This document shows positions 1 to 16,280 of a stretch of 64,000 nucleotides of DNA, one piece after another. Each line of letters opens with the position of its first letter. Position 1 is the stretch's first letter. The stretch lies in the NCBI RefSeq assembly GCF_009914755.1, contig NC_060935.1. The stretch is one strand, 5' to 3'. The notes beneath the pieces were generated by a model. The model had not been told where the DNA came from, did no database searches, and worked only from the letters and a program-made list of their open reading frames with translations. Origin of the DNA: the human T2T-CHM13v2.0 reference genome, Homo sapiens. Made by a program: the position numbers and the translations under genes.

Positions 1-364
1 CCTTTCTGGGGATGAATACTCCAGGACTGTGTTGGGTAATGGGTTATGAATATGTCACAGACATTTATATTCTGCCTATCTTTATAAATAAAAACAGACT
101 CTCTTTGAAGAGAGTCAGTAATGCTTTTTAAAAATATTTATATTCTACAAAGATATACCAAGATGTACCAAAAAGTATCTTTTTATGATTTCTACATTCG
201 GTATGGAAAACATGAGTAAGAAAGTAAAATATTAATTAAATAATGTTTGCTTAGTAATGACACTTCTCTATCAGAGGGGAAAAATGTCTTTGGATATGAT
301 ACTGTATCTGGGTTTTGTATAAATATTGATTAAATAGACAATATGGTTTTTGTTAACAACTGGT

Positions 365-530
365 CTTGAGTCTGACAAACTAAAGTTTGAGAAGAGAATT
401 TTATATTTACTGGATGAGTGATCACTGGCAAGTTGCTTAACCTATATCTGTTTCTTTATCTGTCAAATGGGGATAAATACAGTAACTGCCTCATGAGTGC
501 TTACAGTAATAAATATTTGTTGAATGAATG
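365..530 (+). mobile_element. MIR/L2 relic
   Basis: ggcaagttgcttaacct...tctgtcaaatggggata, then aaatatttgttgaatgaatg. Confidence 0.55.
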
Positions 531-640
531 AGGGATTTTAAAGAATTAATGAAGACTGAATTTATTGTACCTGTCAAAATACCAGGTGCACAATGATTAA
601 ATAGTGATGTGTGTGAAAGTCATGATAGTGATGATAGTGG

Positions 641-718
641 TTGTAATACTGTCTCTGTTTGGAGATGATATGATCATCTATGTACAAAACTATGGAATTT
701 ATAAAAAATTGGTTAGAA
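641..718 (+). mobile_element. Old L1M element, 5' piece (ORF2 RT region) interrupted by the L1PA insertion
   Basis: Translates [14 protein letters not shown] (L1 [16 protein letters not shown]). It resumes after the younger L1 at 3461 as WLELISKFNNVVGYKINIQKS. Confidence 0.8.
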
Positions 719-3460
<2,742 letters not shown>

Positions 3461-5295
3461 AAAAAATTGGTTAGAACTAATAAGTAAGTTTAACAATGTT
3501 GTAGGATACAAGATTAACATACAAAAATCAACAGTAACTTATATACTAAAATTAAACAATTGACATTAAAATAAAAATAATGCATTTTATAATATGTCAA
3601 AAACATGAAATGTTTAGGGATAAATTTGACAAAAGATATGTAAGCTTTGTATACCGAAACTATAAAGCATTCCTTAGAGAAATGAAAGAAGACAAATACA
3701 TAAAGATAAATACCATTTTTATGGATCAGTAGACTCAAAGCTGTCAAGATGCCAGTTCTTACCAAATTGATTTATAGGTTAAATCTAATTCCAATCAAAA
3801 TCCTAGTGGGTTTCCTAAGTGTCTTATGGATTTTAAAGATGATTCTATAATTTATATAGAAATGCAAATCACCTGGGTTAGCCTAAACAATTGTGAAAAG
3901 AGCAAAGTTGGAAGACTTACACTTCCTGATTTCAAGATTTATAAAGCTACATTAATCAAGACAATGTGATATTGGCATAAAGGTAGTCAAACAGATTAAT
4001 GGGACAGAATGGAGAGTCCAGAAATAGACCCATACATGTAGCAATTGATTTTTGACACAGGTGCAAAGGCAGTTCAGTGGAAAAAGAAGAGTCTTTTCAA
4101 CACATGGGGCTGGAACAATGAACATCTACATACAAAAAATAAACTTAGATCTATATCTTTCACCATAAAGAAAACTCAAAATGGATCATAGATATAAATA
4201 CAACACCTAAGACTATTAGACCAGAAGAAAACACAGGACAAAATTTTTATGACTTTGGATTAGGCAAGGATTTCTAAGATACAATACCAAAACATGACCT
4301 ATAAAAGAAAAATTGATAAATTGTATATGAAAATATAAGATTTTTACCTTCAAACATTACTATTATAAGAGTGAAAAGCCACAGACTGGGGGGGAAGTTA
4401 GCAAATCACTTATCTGATAAAGACTCTTATCCAGAATATATAAAGAACTCTTGAAATTCAAGAAAACAACCCAAATTTAAAAATAGGCAAAACATTTGAA
4501 CACTTAACCTACGATAACTTCTTTATCTTAGAGAAGATATTCAGGTGAAAAATAAGCACTTTTAAAGATGCTTAACATCATAAAGATGCAAATGAAAACT
4601 TCAATGAGATACCATTGTATACCCATTAGAATATCTACATTTGAGACACTGACCATGCCAAGTCAGCCACAAGTGGGGATGTGGAGCAACTGGAACCCTC
4701 CACATTCACTGCCAGTGGGAATGTGAAATGGTGCAAATATATGTCTATCCTATGATATAGTCATTCTTACCCCTAAGTTATTATTCAAGAGTAATGGAAG
4801 TATTCTTCCATATAAAACTTTTAGATGCATGTTCTTAGCAGCTTTATTTGTAATGGTTAAAAACTGAAAGCAACTCAAATATTCACCAATTGGTCAGTGG
4901 TTAAAAAAATAATGCTGTACCGACACAATGGAATATTACTAAGAAATGAAAAGGAATTAACTATTGTTATACACAAAATAACATGGATCAATCTCAAAAT
5001 AATTACTGTGAGTGAACGAAAACAGAAAAACAGTACAGACTATATTATTTAAGTTCTATAAAATTCTAGAAAATACAAAGTTATTTATAATGACAGAAAG
5101 GTAATCTGTGGTTACCTGGGGGTAGAAAGAGTTGAGAGTAAGGGATTGAAAATGAGAAAGAGGCTACTTTGGAGGATGATGGATATGTTTGTTGTTTTGA
5201 TTGTGGTGATGGTTTCATGAAAATCAAAACTTACCAATTGTTTGTTTTAGACATGGACAGGTTATTGTATTCCAAATACCTCAATTTTTAAAAAA
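3461..5295 (+). mobile_element. Old L1M (L1MC/ME-like) ORF2 3' end and 3'UTR; host of the L1PA
   Basis: Degenerate L1 ORF2 sequence (e.g. cctgatttcaagatttataaagctac, ccagaaatagaccc, tatccagaatatataaagaactc) followed by an L1M-type 3'UTR (ttgattgtggtgatggtttcatg). Confidence 0.85.
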
Positions 5296-7207
5296 AGTAA
5301 TAAAGAATGCATTGTGGTTGTCACAATGTTAAGGGCCCTCAAGATGTGATTTTGGCATTCCTTGGTCAATCTTAAAAGTGAGATTTGATTGATAAAAGAG
5401 GTAATGTGGATTTACATTCTTAGCTGTGACTATGTTGACTATCATTAGCTATAAGAGGATAGGTATGCAGAAATGCTATCACTGGACATCAGTGGTGTTA
5501 GCATGATTAATATTGAGTCTTGGATGAAACTCAGTAATTAACACATTTCAGACTCAGTCCTTTTAAAATTTGTCCTCAAATTTTTGGATCATAAAATTGA
5601 CATCTGAACATTGTGTTCCAAGATACTCATTCACACTTCTAGTTACTTGGTAAATATAGCCATATACATCTTTTATTTTAACAGGAGAGAATTCTAATTT
5701 TTAAGGAAAATGTCTGATCCTTCATTAAGAGTAAAATAAGGTAAAATCCCACCCTTGTATTTTGATTTGTATTAGTGAAGGCATTTCATCTAAGGACTTC
5801 TCAAAATCCTTTAATGTCCAAAGGCTGTGATATACCATCTTCCTGTTTGACAAGTGGAAGAAAATAATTTAGTGACTTCCAGGAATCGCAAAGCAATTTT
5901 GTGACTGCAAATCTCTATATGAAAGTGCTTTGGTGTGTGTGTGTGTGCGTGCACACACACATACGTGGAAATGTAGGCATGGCAGGTAGTCAGGCAAGGT
6001 GACAAATAAAACTGAAAAACTTCCTTGATTTTATTGCTTATTGAATTATGTTCTCTTTTTAGTGACCTTACTTTGATGTTCCCCAAAAAGGCCAGATACT
6101 TTCACACACAAAAAAATTATGTAATGGGCAAATCACAAAGACTGTGAGAATGGCACATGACCAGAGAAGAAAAAACATCTGGCATGACAATTCATCCCCA
6201 ACTTCTTACCTTTCAAGATTATCCCCTGCTTTAGGGTGTGATTACCATTTAGAATGCCTATGGTATTGCTTTTGGTTCACATAGATTTAACACGTACTCA
6301 GCATGTGCTATGCCACACACGCATTTTGCCAAACTTTTGGTGTACATTTAATGATTACCACAACACTGAGAGATGGGTATGAAAACAAGATTCGCTTGGG
6401 TTGAACATCTTCTCTATGGTCAATTGGGTAGAAAGTGAAGGATTCCAGATTTGAAACTGGGTTATTCAAGGCAGACAGTCTAGGGTTCTTCTACATTTAG
6501 CTGTGGAGCCTTGGGCAAGTTACCAACATGGTGTCCTTATCTTTAAGAGATAATTATAAAGTTTATATTATAGAGAATTTGAATTACAGATCTCACAGCA
6601 CATTATGGATCCTCAGTAAATGCTATTTCCCCTGCCTCCCATCCCCTTCTGGTTCTAGAGTCTTTGGTCTTCCTAGTATATCGGTCTAAACCAGATTAGC
6701 CCTTCTGGCTGTTGGGTATGCATTTATCCCCTCAGTACAGATCTCCTTAATAAAGATCTGTGTTCTCCAAAGGACTGGGAGTCTTTTGAGGACAGAGACC
6801 CTCTCATTATCTCTGTTCCTCCAATGGCAGCACAGGGTCCAGTGGATGCCTGTAAACTGAATGGACAGGTCTCATGGCAGTGAAGAGGTGCCTTGCAGAG
6901 ACTGCAGAACATTTATTTTGTGTTACATTACCTGTATCCCTCACCCCAGCTCACACCTTTCTACTCTTAGTTTCCATCCCAGAGACAGCTTAGTTCCCTG
7001 TCACTTGTCTGTTCTATGACTTGCAGAGCTCCAGCCTACCTGGGTGGCACCTCATGGCACTGACTGCTATGAGAGTTCCACAAAACTGTCCATGGTGTCT
7101 GTGATGTGCTGGTGTCCTGTACTCACAGATGTGCTCACACCTGTTCAGGTATCCAACCCTCAGAGCCCTCCTTCTCTGGTTCTTAATGTCATATTGACAA
7201 TTGACTC

Positions 7208-7882
7208 TGTCTGAGAGACCAAAATAGATGGTCCTTTATCAACTAAGATGAATCCTAAGGTTAAAAAACAGAGTAGCTTCTGGGTTGACGGTTCAGGGCC
7301 CAGCTGGCATGGCAGATTTCTAAATTCCTACAGGAAAAACCACACTCCTACTAGACTCTCTAACAATAAGTGCTACCAGGCAAATTGTCCTAACTTTGAT
7401 TTACAACCCAGACCACTAAAACTCTGGTTGGACAGAGGATTTGTCTCACAAACATTACTTTCTGATAAGCTACTGCAGACCTAAGCCAGTATCAGCTGGC
7501 TTATGAAGCCTGTGCACAAACTGTCTTTGTGTCCTATAGTTCATCTTTTGATGTAAAGAGCCAAATTCCACCTCATTTTAATGCTAAAATCCTGCCCCAA
7601 AGTGAACATAGAATGTATGTTGCATGTATGTTTGCCCACTGCGAATATGGTCTTCTCATAAATATGTATGATGTTTCTCCCAAATCTGCTGAATATGTAT
7701 GACTGCATTGTGTGCTATGGGCCCTATGAGGCATAAAACCAACCTGGCCTTCCCCTCTTGGAAAAGAGAGCACCTTCGGCACACACTGGACAACATCTCT
7801 TCCCAGTTTGCAAACCGATATTGGCTGCCAATAAAGTTCTCCTTTCCACTATTTAGTCATCCTGGTGGTCTTATAGATGGCA
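7208..7882 (+). mobile_element. Solo ERV1-class LTR, MER39-like
   Basis: TG...CA termini. The start gagaccaaaatagatg...tttatcaactaagatg...cctaaggttaa matches the remembered MER39 family. AATAAA at ~7830 near the 3' end. TSD not recognisable. Confidence 0.65.
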
Positions 7883-9425
7883 GTGTCAACCCAGTTTATA
7901 AAGCTGTCTTTATTCATTCAATCAGTGAACACACATCACTGCGTTTATAATAGCTTTTGTTGTTGTTGTTGCTTTTACTTCTCATTTTCTTCCTATTCTA
8001 TTGTCTAGTACCTATTCCTCTAATGACAGATTGGCATTTCTCTTCTAACTACCAGATATCAGCCATATTCTATAGGAACCCATTGTTTTACATATTTCCA
8101 TTTAGATTATTTGAGATTAACTTTTGTCCCATGGCCTACCACTATGCAGAGTTCTTTGGTGAATAACATAGCAGCTGAAATTTCAACATCAATCAGGTTA
8201 TCACCCTTTAAATATTTTATCTGTCTTGAGTTTGAGGAAATTTTGAGTATTCCAGCCTAACTGTTTCTGGACAGATGCCCTCCTCTCTCCCCGTTGCTGT
8301 ACTTGGCAGTTTGCTTATGCAGGGTCTATAGGCTAAGTTATATGCCTAATTTAGACAAAAGTTTAACAGGAATACAGAGGATAGAGAATTCAGGGCAGAA
8401 CTGGAGAACTGTTTCTTGACTCTTTTCACAATGTCTTTTATAGTATAAGGATTTACATGAATTTCACGCTTTCTATGAGCCTCCTGACTACTTTTACAGT
8501 TTTTATACACTGAGCCCAGAGTTTTCCCATCACGATGGGCTCATGATCCTGTCCCTGTGGTAAGTTTCTGCAGCCTAGTGATTGGGTAAGTGTTGTAAAG
8601 ATAGACAAGAGCACTGTGTTTTCTCTGGCTTTTTAGGCAGACATCTGATTTCCTGGTTGGCACTTGTTTCAACCATGAAATGGGAAAGACTGGGCATTTT
8701 GTGCTCCTAATTTAAAATGATTGTCCATGAGCATCTCTCAAAGTGGCTCAGAGTTTATTAGGGCCCTCTGTAGAGTTCTTAAGGGGGATGGAACTCGTTT
8801 GGAACGTGTTTATATGACCTCTTCTCTGATTATGTTGGAATAGCTGTGACATTTCATTTTCGGGGAAAAAGTAAGAAGGAGGGTTACACCTTTGCAGGCA
8901 AAATATTTTCCACTCTAACAGGCAAAAAAAGAATATTTGAAAGGTTTTTCTTCTTTCTGTAAATGAACAGATAAAATAATTTACCCTAGGAGAGCTTTTC
9001 ATTGCATAAGAAGTCAATTCAATATCAGGTCAAATGGAGATATTGACCTGATACTATACTGATTTCCCATGAAACATGGGAAGTGCTTTGACCCCTGGCC
9101 CAACCTCTTCTCATTCCTCTATATCATCTATTCTGTGTGTGTGCATCTGAGCTCAGGTTTGTTTGAGAGATATCTATCTCCAAAATTCAAATAAAGTATT
9201 TGTAAATGTAATTATACTCTATAAACAGTAGAAGAACTATTTAATCTGGTCCTGCTGAAAATCATTTTCTTATGTAAAGAGTGACATCTTAATTTAACCT
9301 TATGTTATGGATTTGGGTGTTTTTCATATGCCAAGATTATTTAGTGTAGTCCTTTGGAATTTGAGATTATTTATTTAATGTCTTCCCTTTCTCTGTGACA
9401 GTAACACTTCTCTTTTTTGTCTCAG

Positions 9426-9740
9426 GGGTCATCACTGCCGCAGACATTCTTGATCGGGAGACAATGGGGTCATACTGGCTAACAGTGTATGCCACAGACA
9501 GGGGCGTTGTTCCACTCTACTCCACCATTGAGGTCTACATTGAAGTTGAAGATGTGAATGACAATGCCCCGCTGACCTCAGAACCTATATATTATCCTGT
9601 TGTCATGGAAAACTCTCCAAAGGACGTATCTGTCATTCAGATCCAGGCTGAAGATCCTGACTCCAGTTCCAATGAAAAACTGACATACAGGATTACAAGT
9701 GGAAATCCTCAGAATTTTTTTGCCATCAATATCAAAACAG
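9426..9740 (+). CDS. FAT3: Internal coding exon (315 nt, phase 1-1) of FAT atypical cadherin 3; C-terminal part of one cadherin repeat plus N-terminal part of the next
   Basis: Polypyrimidine tract cttctcttttttgtctcAG ends at 9425 and donor CAG|GTAAGG starts at 9741. Translation [27 protein letters not shown]...VEDVNDNAP...AEDPD...YRITSGN...FAINIKTG has the cadherin motifs LDRE, A-x-D-x-G, DxNDNxP and A-x-D-x-D. The peptide is recognised from memory as FAT3 rather than FAT1/2. The ORF-track start at 9395 and tail to 9760 are intronic read-through. Confidence 0.92.
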
Positions 9741-12609
9741 GTAAGGGAATGCTTATATGACTTCTTTTTAGTTTGTAGTCCAGCCTTTAAATTCATCAGC
9801 CTGACACTTTCTGTACTCATTTACTTTATTTTCTAAAGAATAGCATCTTCCTTTCTGAGAATGGTTTCTGAAAAGGTGAGTGCCACTTCTGCCTATGTGG
9901 TATGTTTTAATTTCACTTGACACTGAGTGGGAGTGATCTAATCAAAATCAGAGGTTTTCACAAAAGGCCTTAGATTTGCTTTACTCATAATAATAAAATG
10001 TGGTTCCCAGGCCACTCAGAGAGCCAGCTGCTTCCTTCTCTTTCTTGAAAAGAGTAACCTGGCCTCTGCTGGATTCTATGAGCAAGCTGGCTTTGTGATG
10101 CCTCTACCTCTAGACACTTCTCCCTTGCTGATCTCCTTAAAGCCTTCACCTCAAACTCCAGATGTTTTTGCGATTCCTGTACTACCCATCAAGGAAGCAT
10201 CCATGTTTAAAAGAACTTCCAGTGTCTCAATTTTTACATAAAATATGTATAACTTCAATTTTCTGGTCTTTTGCTCAAAACGTTTTTAGAGATTGTAATG
10301 AAAACTTAATTGGTTGAGTAAGGGTAAGAAAGGTCTAAGGATCGGGAGCAGGTGTGCATTTGGCTGAATGCATTCTGAGACAGGTATGTACGTTGGAAAA
10401 GTTTTTTGCAGATCTGAGAGGTTCATTGCTTTCTTGTGATTTGCCTCTTTTAGGTCTGAACAAAGGAGTAAAATAGTGAGAGTTGTGATGGATGGGGTTT
10501 TAATTCTTTGAAATTTAGAATAATTTAAATTAATTTCACCCTGGGCAAGTGAGTTGATATTGGTTCAAAAAGTTAGGCTTAGTTGAGATTTGTTGGTGTG
10601 AACAAACTCAGCTCTCCTAATGAACTACTAATCTAGTTGATGGTCGTTTCTCCTGCCTATGTTTGTTAAACAGAAACATGTAGCTGACCTCAAGTATTTT
10701 ATAAATGTCAGACTCCCATTAATATAATGAAAGAGAATGTCAGGGTTTAAGAAAGAAAATTATTGATTTTCTCTAATTATGAGTGGATCAATCATTTTGT
10801 TAAGCAGACTTTTGCATTCTAACAGTGTTGAATCGGGATTTGACTTGTATTTTATTGTAAGACAAAGAGAGTAGTAATTATCAGTATCTGTTGAGGCCTG
10901 CTTGTACTTGCAGAAGAGGGCTCAGATTTGGAGCCTTGGCCCAACCTTTCAGAGCCCCATTAAGTAGATAAAATTCTCCATGCTTCTGCGGAACAGGCCT
11001 CCAACTTTCCTGGGAAGCCCTCCTGATTTACTTTTTGGTATGGCAAAGAGCTCCTTAGAACATAGCCACAGAGAAATGAATTCAATCACTTTGCAAATTT
11101 AAGAGTGAGGGTTGTGGTGGAGGGAGAGAGAGAACAAAAACAAAAACAAACAATGTCACAGTAAAGAAGTTGAGGCCACAGGTATCTTCACATTTCACAA
11201 CCCAGTGGAGCCTGAAATACCCCAGTCAGATTCTGCTTCTTCCATCTTGATCCCATTGCTACTTGAGTCATTAATGGTAGGCCCAGCACCCTTTTTTTAA
11301 AGAATTTAATAAAAAGCTGCAAAAGGGAAGTTTTCTCTGTTCTCATCCTTTACTTAGGAATGAATAGAAAAAATAACTGTCACAGGGAAGAGGGAAGAAT
11401 TTGGGTTGGATGTGAAGTTCAGAGAAGAACATGCTCATTCATGTAACTAAAGCTTTCTTTTATATGGCTTTTAAAAGTTTGAACATAATTTTTCAGAAAG
11501 CCCTGTTTTATCACTATTTGGCCTACGTTGCTAATAAGATCCTTAAGCATGTTCATAATTTCTCTCTTCTTGCCATAGATTTTTAAAAAGCATTTTTGCC
11601 AGGAATGACATTTTTGTCCAACTGATCTAATTGTCTAAAGAAATATATAGCATACCTTGTAGTTTCCAGACACATGATAAGAAAATACTGCTTTTTTATC
11701 CATTTATTCAATCACCAACCACTTATTGTACCTATTACTTTTCAAGTAAGATCTAATAAAGAGGGTTATAAACTTAAGATATGGTCCCAGCCTTAGGGAC
11801 CCAAACTTATATGAACTTAACAAATACTTATGATATAGCTAAAGATATAAATGATTCCAGCAGGGGAGCTTCACTCAATATAGGGTTGGTGGGAGTGATG
11901 GTCAGGGAGGGCTTCATGGAGGAAGTCACATTTGGAGTTAGAAGTCCTGAGTTTCAAATGCTTGCTCTGTGCTTTCTAACTACGAAACACCATAGAACAC
12001 AGTGGGGGAAACAGACTGTATTGCACAGTTTTCACCAGCTTCATGAACTTACCAGCTTCATGACCTTGGGGAAATTATTGAACCTCTCTTAAATGTAGTT
12101 TTTAGTGAGTAAAAATAGTTGCAAGGAATATAGGAGTCCTCACCAGAAATCCTTTGCACAGTGCCTGGTGCATTGAAATCCCACAAAAAAAGCTGATACC
12201 CCATTCTAACTACTTTACTGTAGTTACAGTCATTTAATCTCTTTGGACCTCACTTACTTATCTGGAAAATGAAAATGACCTTGCTTACTCTGCAAGGGTT
12301 GCTCATGAAGTCTGAATGTCATCATGATGTGTTTGAAGGCTGTTGGTAAACTACAGAGTTCTGTAAGAGTCATGTTATGCCTATTTCTAATGAGATTCAC
12401 AGAACTCCAAGTCTGGTGAAATTCTTGTTAATGGTGTTGCTCTAAGTATCATGCTGCCTAGGGGGCAACCTTCAGCCAGCTCAAGGAACTCTCTAATAGA
12501 AGTCTTAATTTTTGGCATTTCTTCCTGACTCTAAAGTCATTTGTCTGAAATAGTTACATCAATATAACATTTTTCAGTAATGAAGCTGGATGTGTAGCTA
12601 ACCAGTGTG

Positions 12610-12656
12610 TAGATAGATAGATAGATACATAGATAGATACATAGATACATAGACAG
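12610..12656. repeat. (GATA/CATA)n microsatellite
   Basis: tagatagatagatagatacatagatagatacatagatacatagacag. Confidence 0.9.
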
Positions 12657-13010
12657 AGGCATACTAACCAGTATATTTAGGAAAGATTTATGCTTTAGAT
12701 TTTTTTCTCAAATGGATGTTGACTCTAGTAAACTAAGCTTTCATTTCCTCCTCTGCTGTACAGTTGGAATTTTTAGAATTTGGTTTTGTTTTGGCAATGT
12801 GCTACATAATAAAGATTAAAATGATTAACGCCAACGCAAATAATGCCAAGATGTATGATATACAGCTTGTAGCAGATAACAGATGTTCCCAACCCCAAAA
12901 TGGAGAGAGATTTCTTTATCGAACATCTGTTCTCTACACAAATAACTGGGTTTTTTTCTACCACATCTAGAATCACGTAGAATCAGTAGTCTGTGGACTT
13001 TCTTTAGTAA

Positions 13011-13476
<466 letters not shown>

Positions 13477-16280
13477 TCCAGTTCTTTTGAGGGAGTCCAG
13501 GGTGGCCCTCATTGGTCATCCAGGCTGAAGTGGGGAGCAGGGGTGGAAATTTCTTCTAGGGCTTTGGAAGGTTTATTTTAGTCATGTTTACACCATGGAA
13601 ACCCCATAGTACAGGGCTGACATGCCAGTGTTTAGTAGAGAACTCAATAAATGTTAACTATTACGATCATCATCATCATCCCGTATTTCCCCCTAGAAAA
13701 AAAGTCTGTGTAAGCTACAAGCACACTGCTCCTGGACCCCACTATCTTGAGGAAGACATTTCTGAAAGGCAGCCATGTCTTGCCTTAGCAATTGCTAGGT
13801 AGCACTGAAATCTTCAACTCAGTTTTATGAAGTGCATGACGTACCGTTGATCTAGACCCCAGGTGTCAGCAGGGTGGGAGACATAACAGAAATACATTGG
13901 AAGATACTTTCTGCACTCAGGGAATTTAGTCTCATAGGAAAAACAGAACCATCATACTTACCATTTAAGGCAGCTTATTTAAAACAAAAACAAAACAAAA
14001 CAAAAAAAGAGTGGAGCTTTGTGGATTATAAGCTATGAACAGTGTAACATGTCAGAGCAGAGCTGAGTAACAGGGGATCTTTGCGGACCTGAAGGGGGCC
14101 TGAAGAATGGGCTGACCTGCAGAGACAGAGGCCAGATAACTATACAGGGAATATAAACAAGTGAAGCTTACCAGATAGCTTGAGAGGCATGATATTATTA
14201 GAAAGCGAATTTTAAGAGTCATAAATGTCAGGAAAGTGGTAAGATATTAGAAGTAGCAAATACATACATCTCTTTTCATTTGTTTCTGAGTTTGATAATA
14301 GTTAAATTTTAAAGGGCCTTGTTTTTTTTGTTTTGTTTTTTTTGTTTGTTTGTTTTTTCCAATCTTCCTTCTGAGAGACCTACTTCTTAAAGGAATTATT
14401 TTAAAGGGAAAAACACATACATAAAAGAGACCCCTTCATTCTTTCTTTTGTGTCTGTAAAACATAGATCCAGGATTAGCATATGCTGCATTGAGAGTCTG
14501 CCTGTGAAAGTGATTTTTGCTTAATCCAGATCTTTCAATGGTTCACTGTCCAGGGCATGGAATTTCTAAGTTTATTTCTGCAGTTGCTCTGTCTCCCTTT
14601 GACCCATGCTCCATTCACTGGCATCTCCACTTGTATTTGAGTAGAGGTGAAGTTCAGCTTTCTTTTGCTTTCTGTGAGCATCTTGAAATAAACCTGAGTA
14701 AAACATAGTTTATGTGTTGGTAGACTGGCTACCCCCACTTTAGGCGACTTAGGAGGAAGAAATCCTCTTCAAAAGTGTGTGTGCTGTAAGAATACCTCAA
14801 ATTCTACCTTTAAGTATTGATTACTCCTAGGATAGACATTTCCTTTCTCTATTAAAATTGGAGGAGATAGCTTATTAAAATATTGGATGTCTTTAGTTTT
14901 TTAATCAGCTGCATATAACATCAGCATGCCTTTTGGTATATGGTATACAACATAGTGGATAAGAGAGGGGGTAACAGGGAGAGAAATCCAGACCACACTT
15001 CAACCTGAAAATTATTACCTGGTGAGCTTGCTAGACTATAGAGTCTTAGGCCAGAGCTTGATTATTTGCATTTTTAACAAGTTTCTAGGTGATGATGATG
15101 TTGCTCTCTCCTGAGAGCCTGATTAGCAAGGTTCTATATGAAACAAATGAGGGAGGTAACAAGGTGCCCAGAGACACCTGAGGACAAGACAGCAAACTTT
15201 ATGAGTTACCCCAACATCTTACGGGGCTGAGGTTTGAGAGTTAATTCAGTCACCCACTCCCAAAATCAACTCCCATATCCTTACTTATACTTTCTCTTTT
15301 ATCAAGTGGAGAAAAATGAAAATCCTGTCTCTAACTATCCATGAGCAAAATATCACATGGATTCCTAAGACTTGTAGTTAATAAAAAACCTGGGTCACGT
15401 AATGTTTGGATACACTTGTATTATTTCCAAATAGGTAGAATCAAGCAGAATTTGTTATTAAGTGGAGTTCAGACCTACTTTAATGAATCAACAAACATTA
15501 TTGTATTTTAATATATGATTATAAAAAAGTGTTAGTTCATAAGATATGGATGTTCAAAAATAATTTGTTATCTTAGGTAAGTTAAGCCTTGTGTTTATGC
15601 ACAGTTCCATGTGGTGGTAATCTGCTTAGAAAACCACCTTTTCTAGGAAAAGAGGAGGAAACCTTACTTTATTTACAAATATAGGGATTTAAAGAAAAAA
15701 AAAAAAAGGTGAGGTACAAGGGTCCAAATATTGGTGCTTGTTTTTCAGTGAACATTGCGGAAATCTATTGTTGTTTTTTGTTCTTTGTTTCTTTCGGGAT
15801 GGCAGAGCCCCTCCTAATAAAAAGCTAAATTCTCCTGAATGGGTAGAAATGGCTGCCGGATGATGAGTTGATATTCATAACTACAGGCACAAGGCAGATA
15901 ATGTAGCGAATGAGTATGTGTGAAACTGTAAATCACCCTTGCTCCTTCTTTCAGCCATGAAAGGAGCCCTTGTCCTATAGAACATTAAATTGTGTTCATT
16001 TAATCCAACAAGTCCAGTAGAACAAATCGGGCTTATGCAGATTTATCACAGGGGTTATTTAAATTCAGCGGTGACCTTTGCATCCACGTGAATGTGCTCC
16101 ACATGAACAAGGACAAAGGGAACTTTTCTGCATTGTCATTATGTCCCCAGGGAAGCTGTGCAGTTCCCCACTTGATCAGCTCACAACTGTGGGTTGAGGG
16201 TGGGGGTCATGGGGTTCCAAGGATGTGGAGGGCTGGGTCAGGGTGGGCCATCAGGCATGGGAGAGTGTGGTGTATTATAT

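Noticed and set aside
9395-9760. 121-aa standalone ORF with a hydrophobic N-terminus resembling a signal peptide
   Set aside because: The N-terminal LLFFVS is the translated polypyrimidine tract and the start is GTG; splice sites define an internal exon.
10430-10470. Strong acceptor followed by GTCTGA as the possible next FAT3 exon (similar case at ~56430)
   Set aside because: The downstream sequence encodes no cadherin LDRE motif; no further cadherin exon was found in the window.
12034-12067. Short tandem duplications (17 bp here; 19 bp at 20014-20051; ~23 bp near 62575)
   Set aside because: Ordinary slippage events, mostly inside old repeats, with no sign of function.
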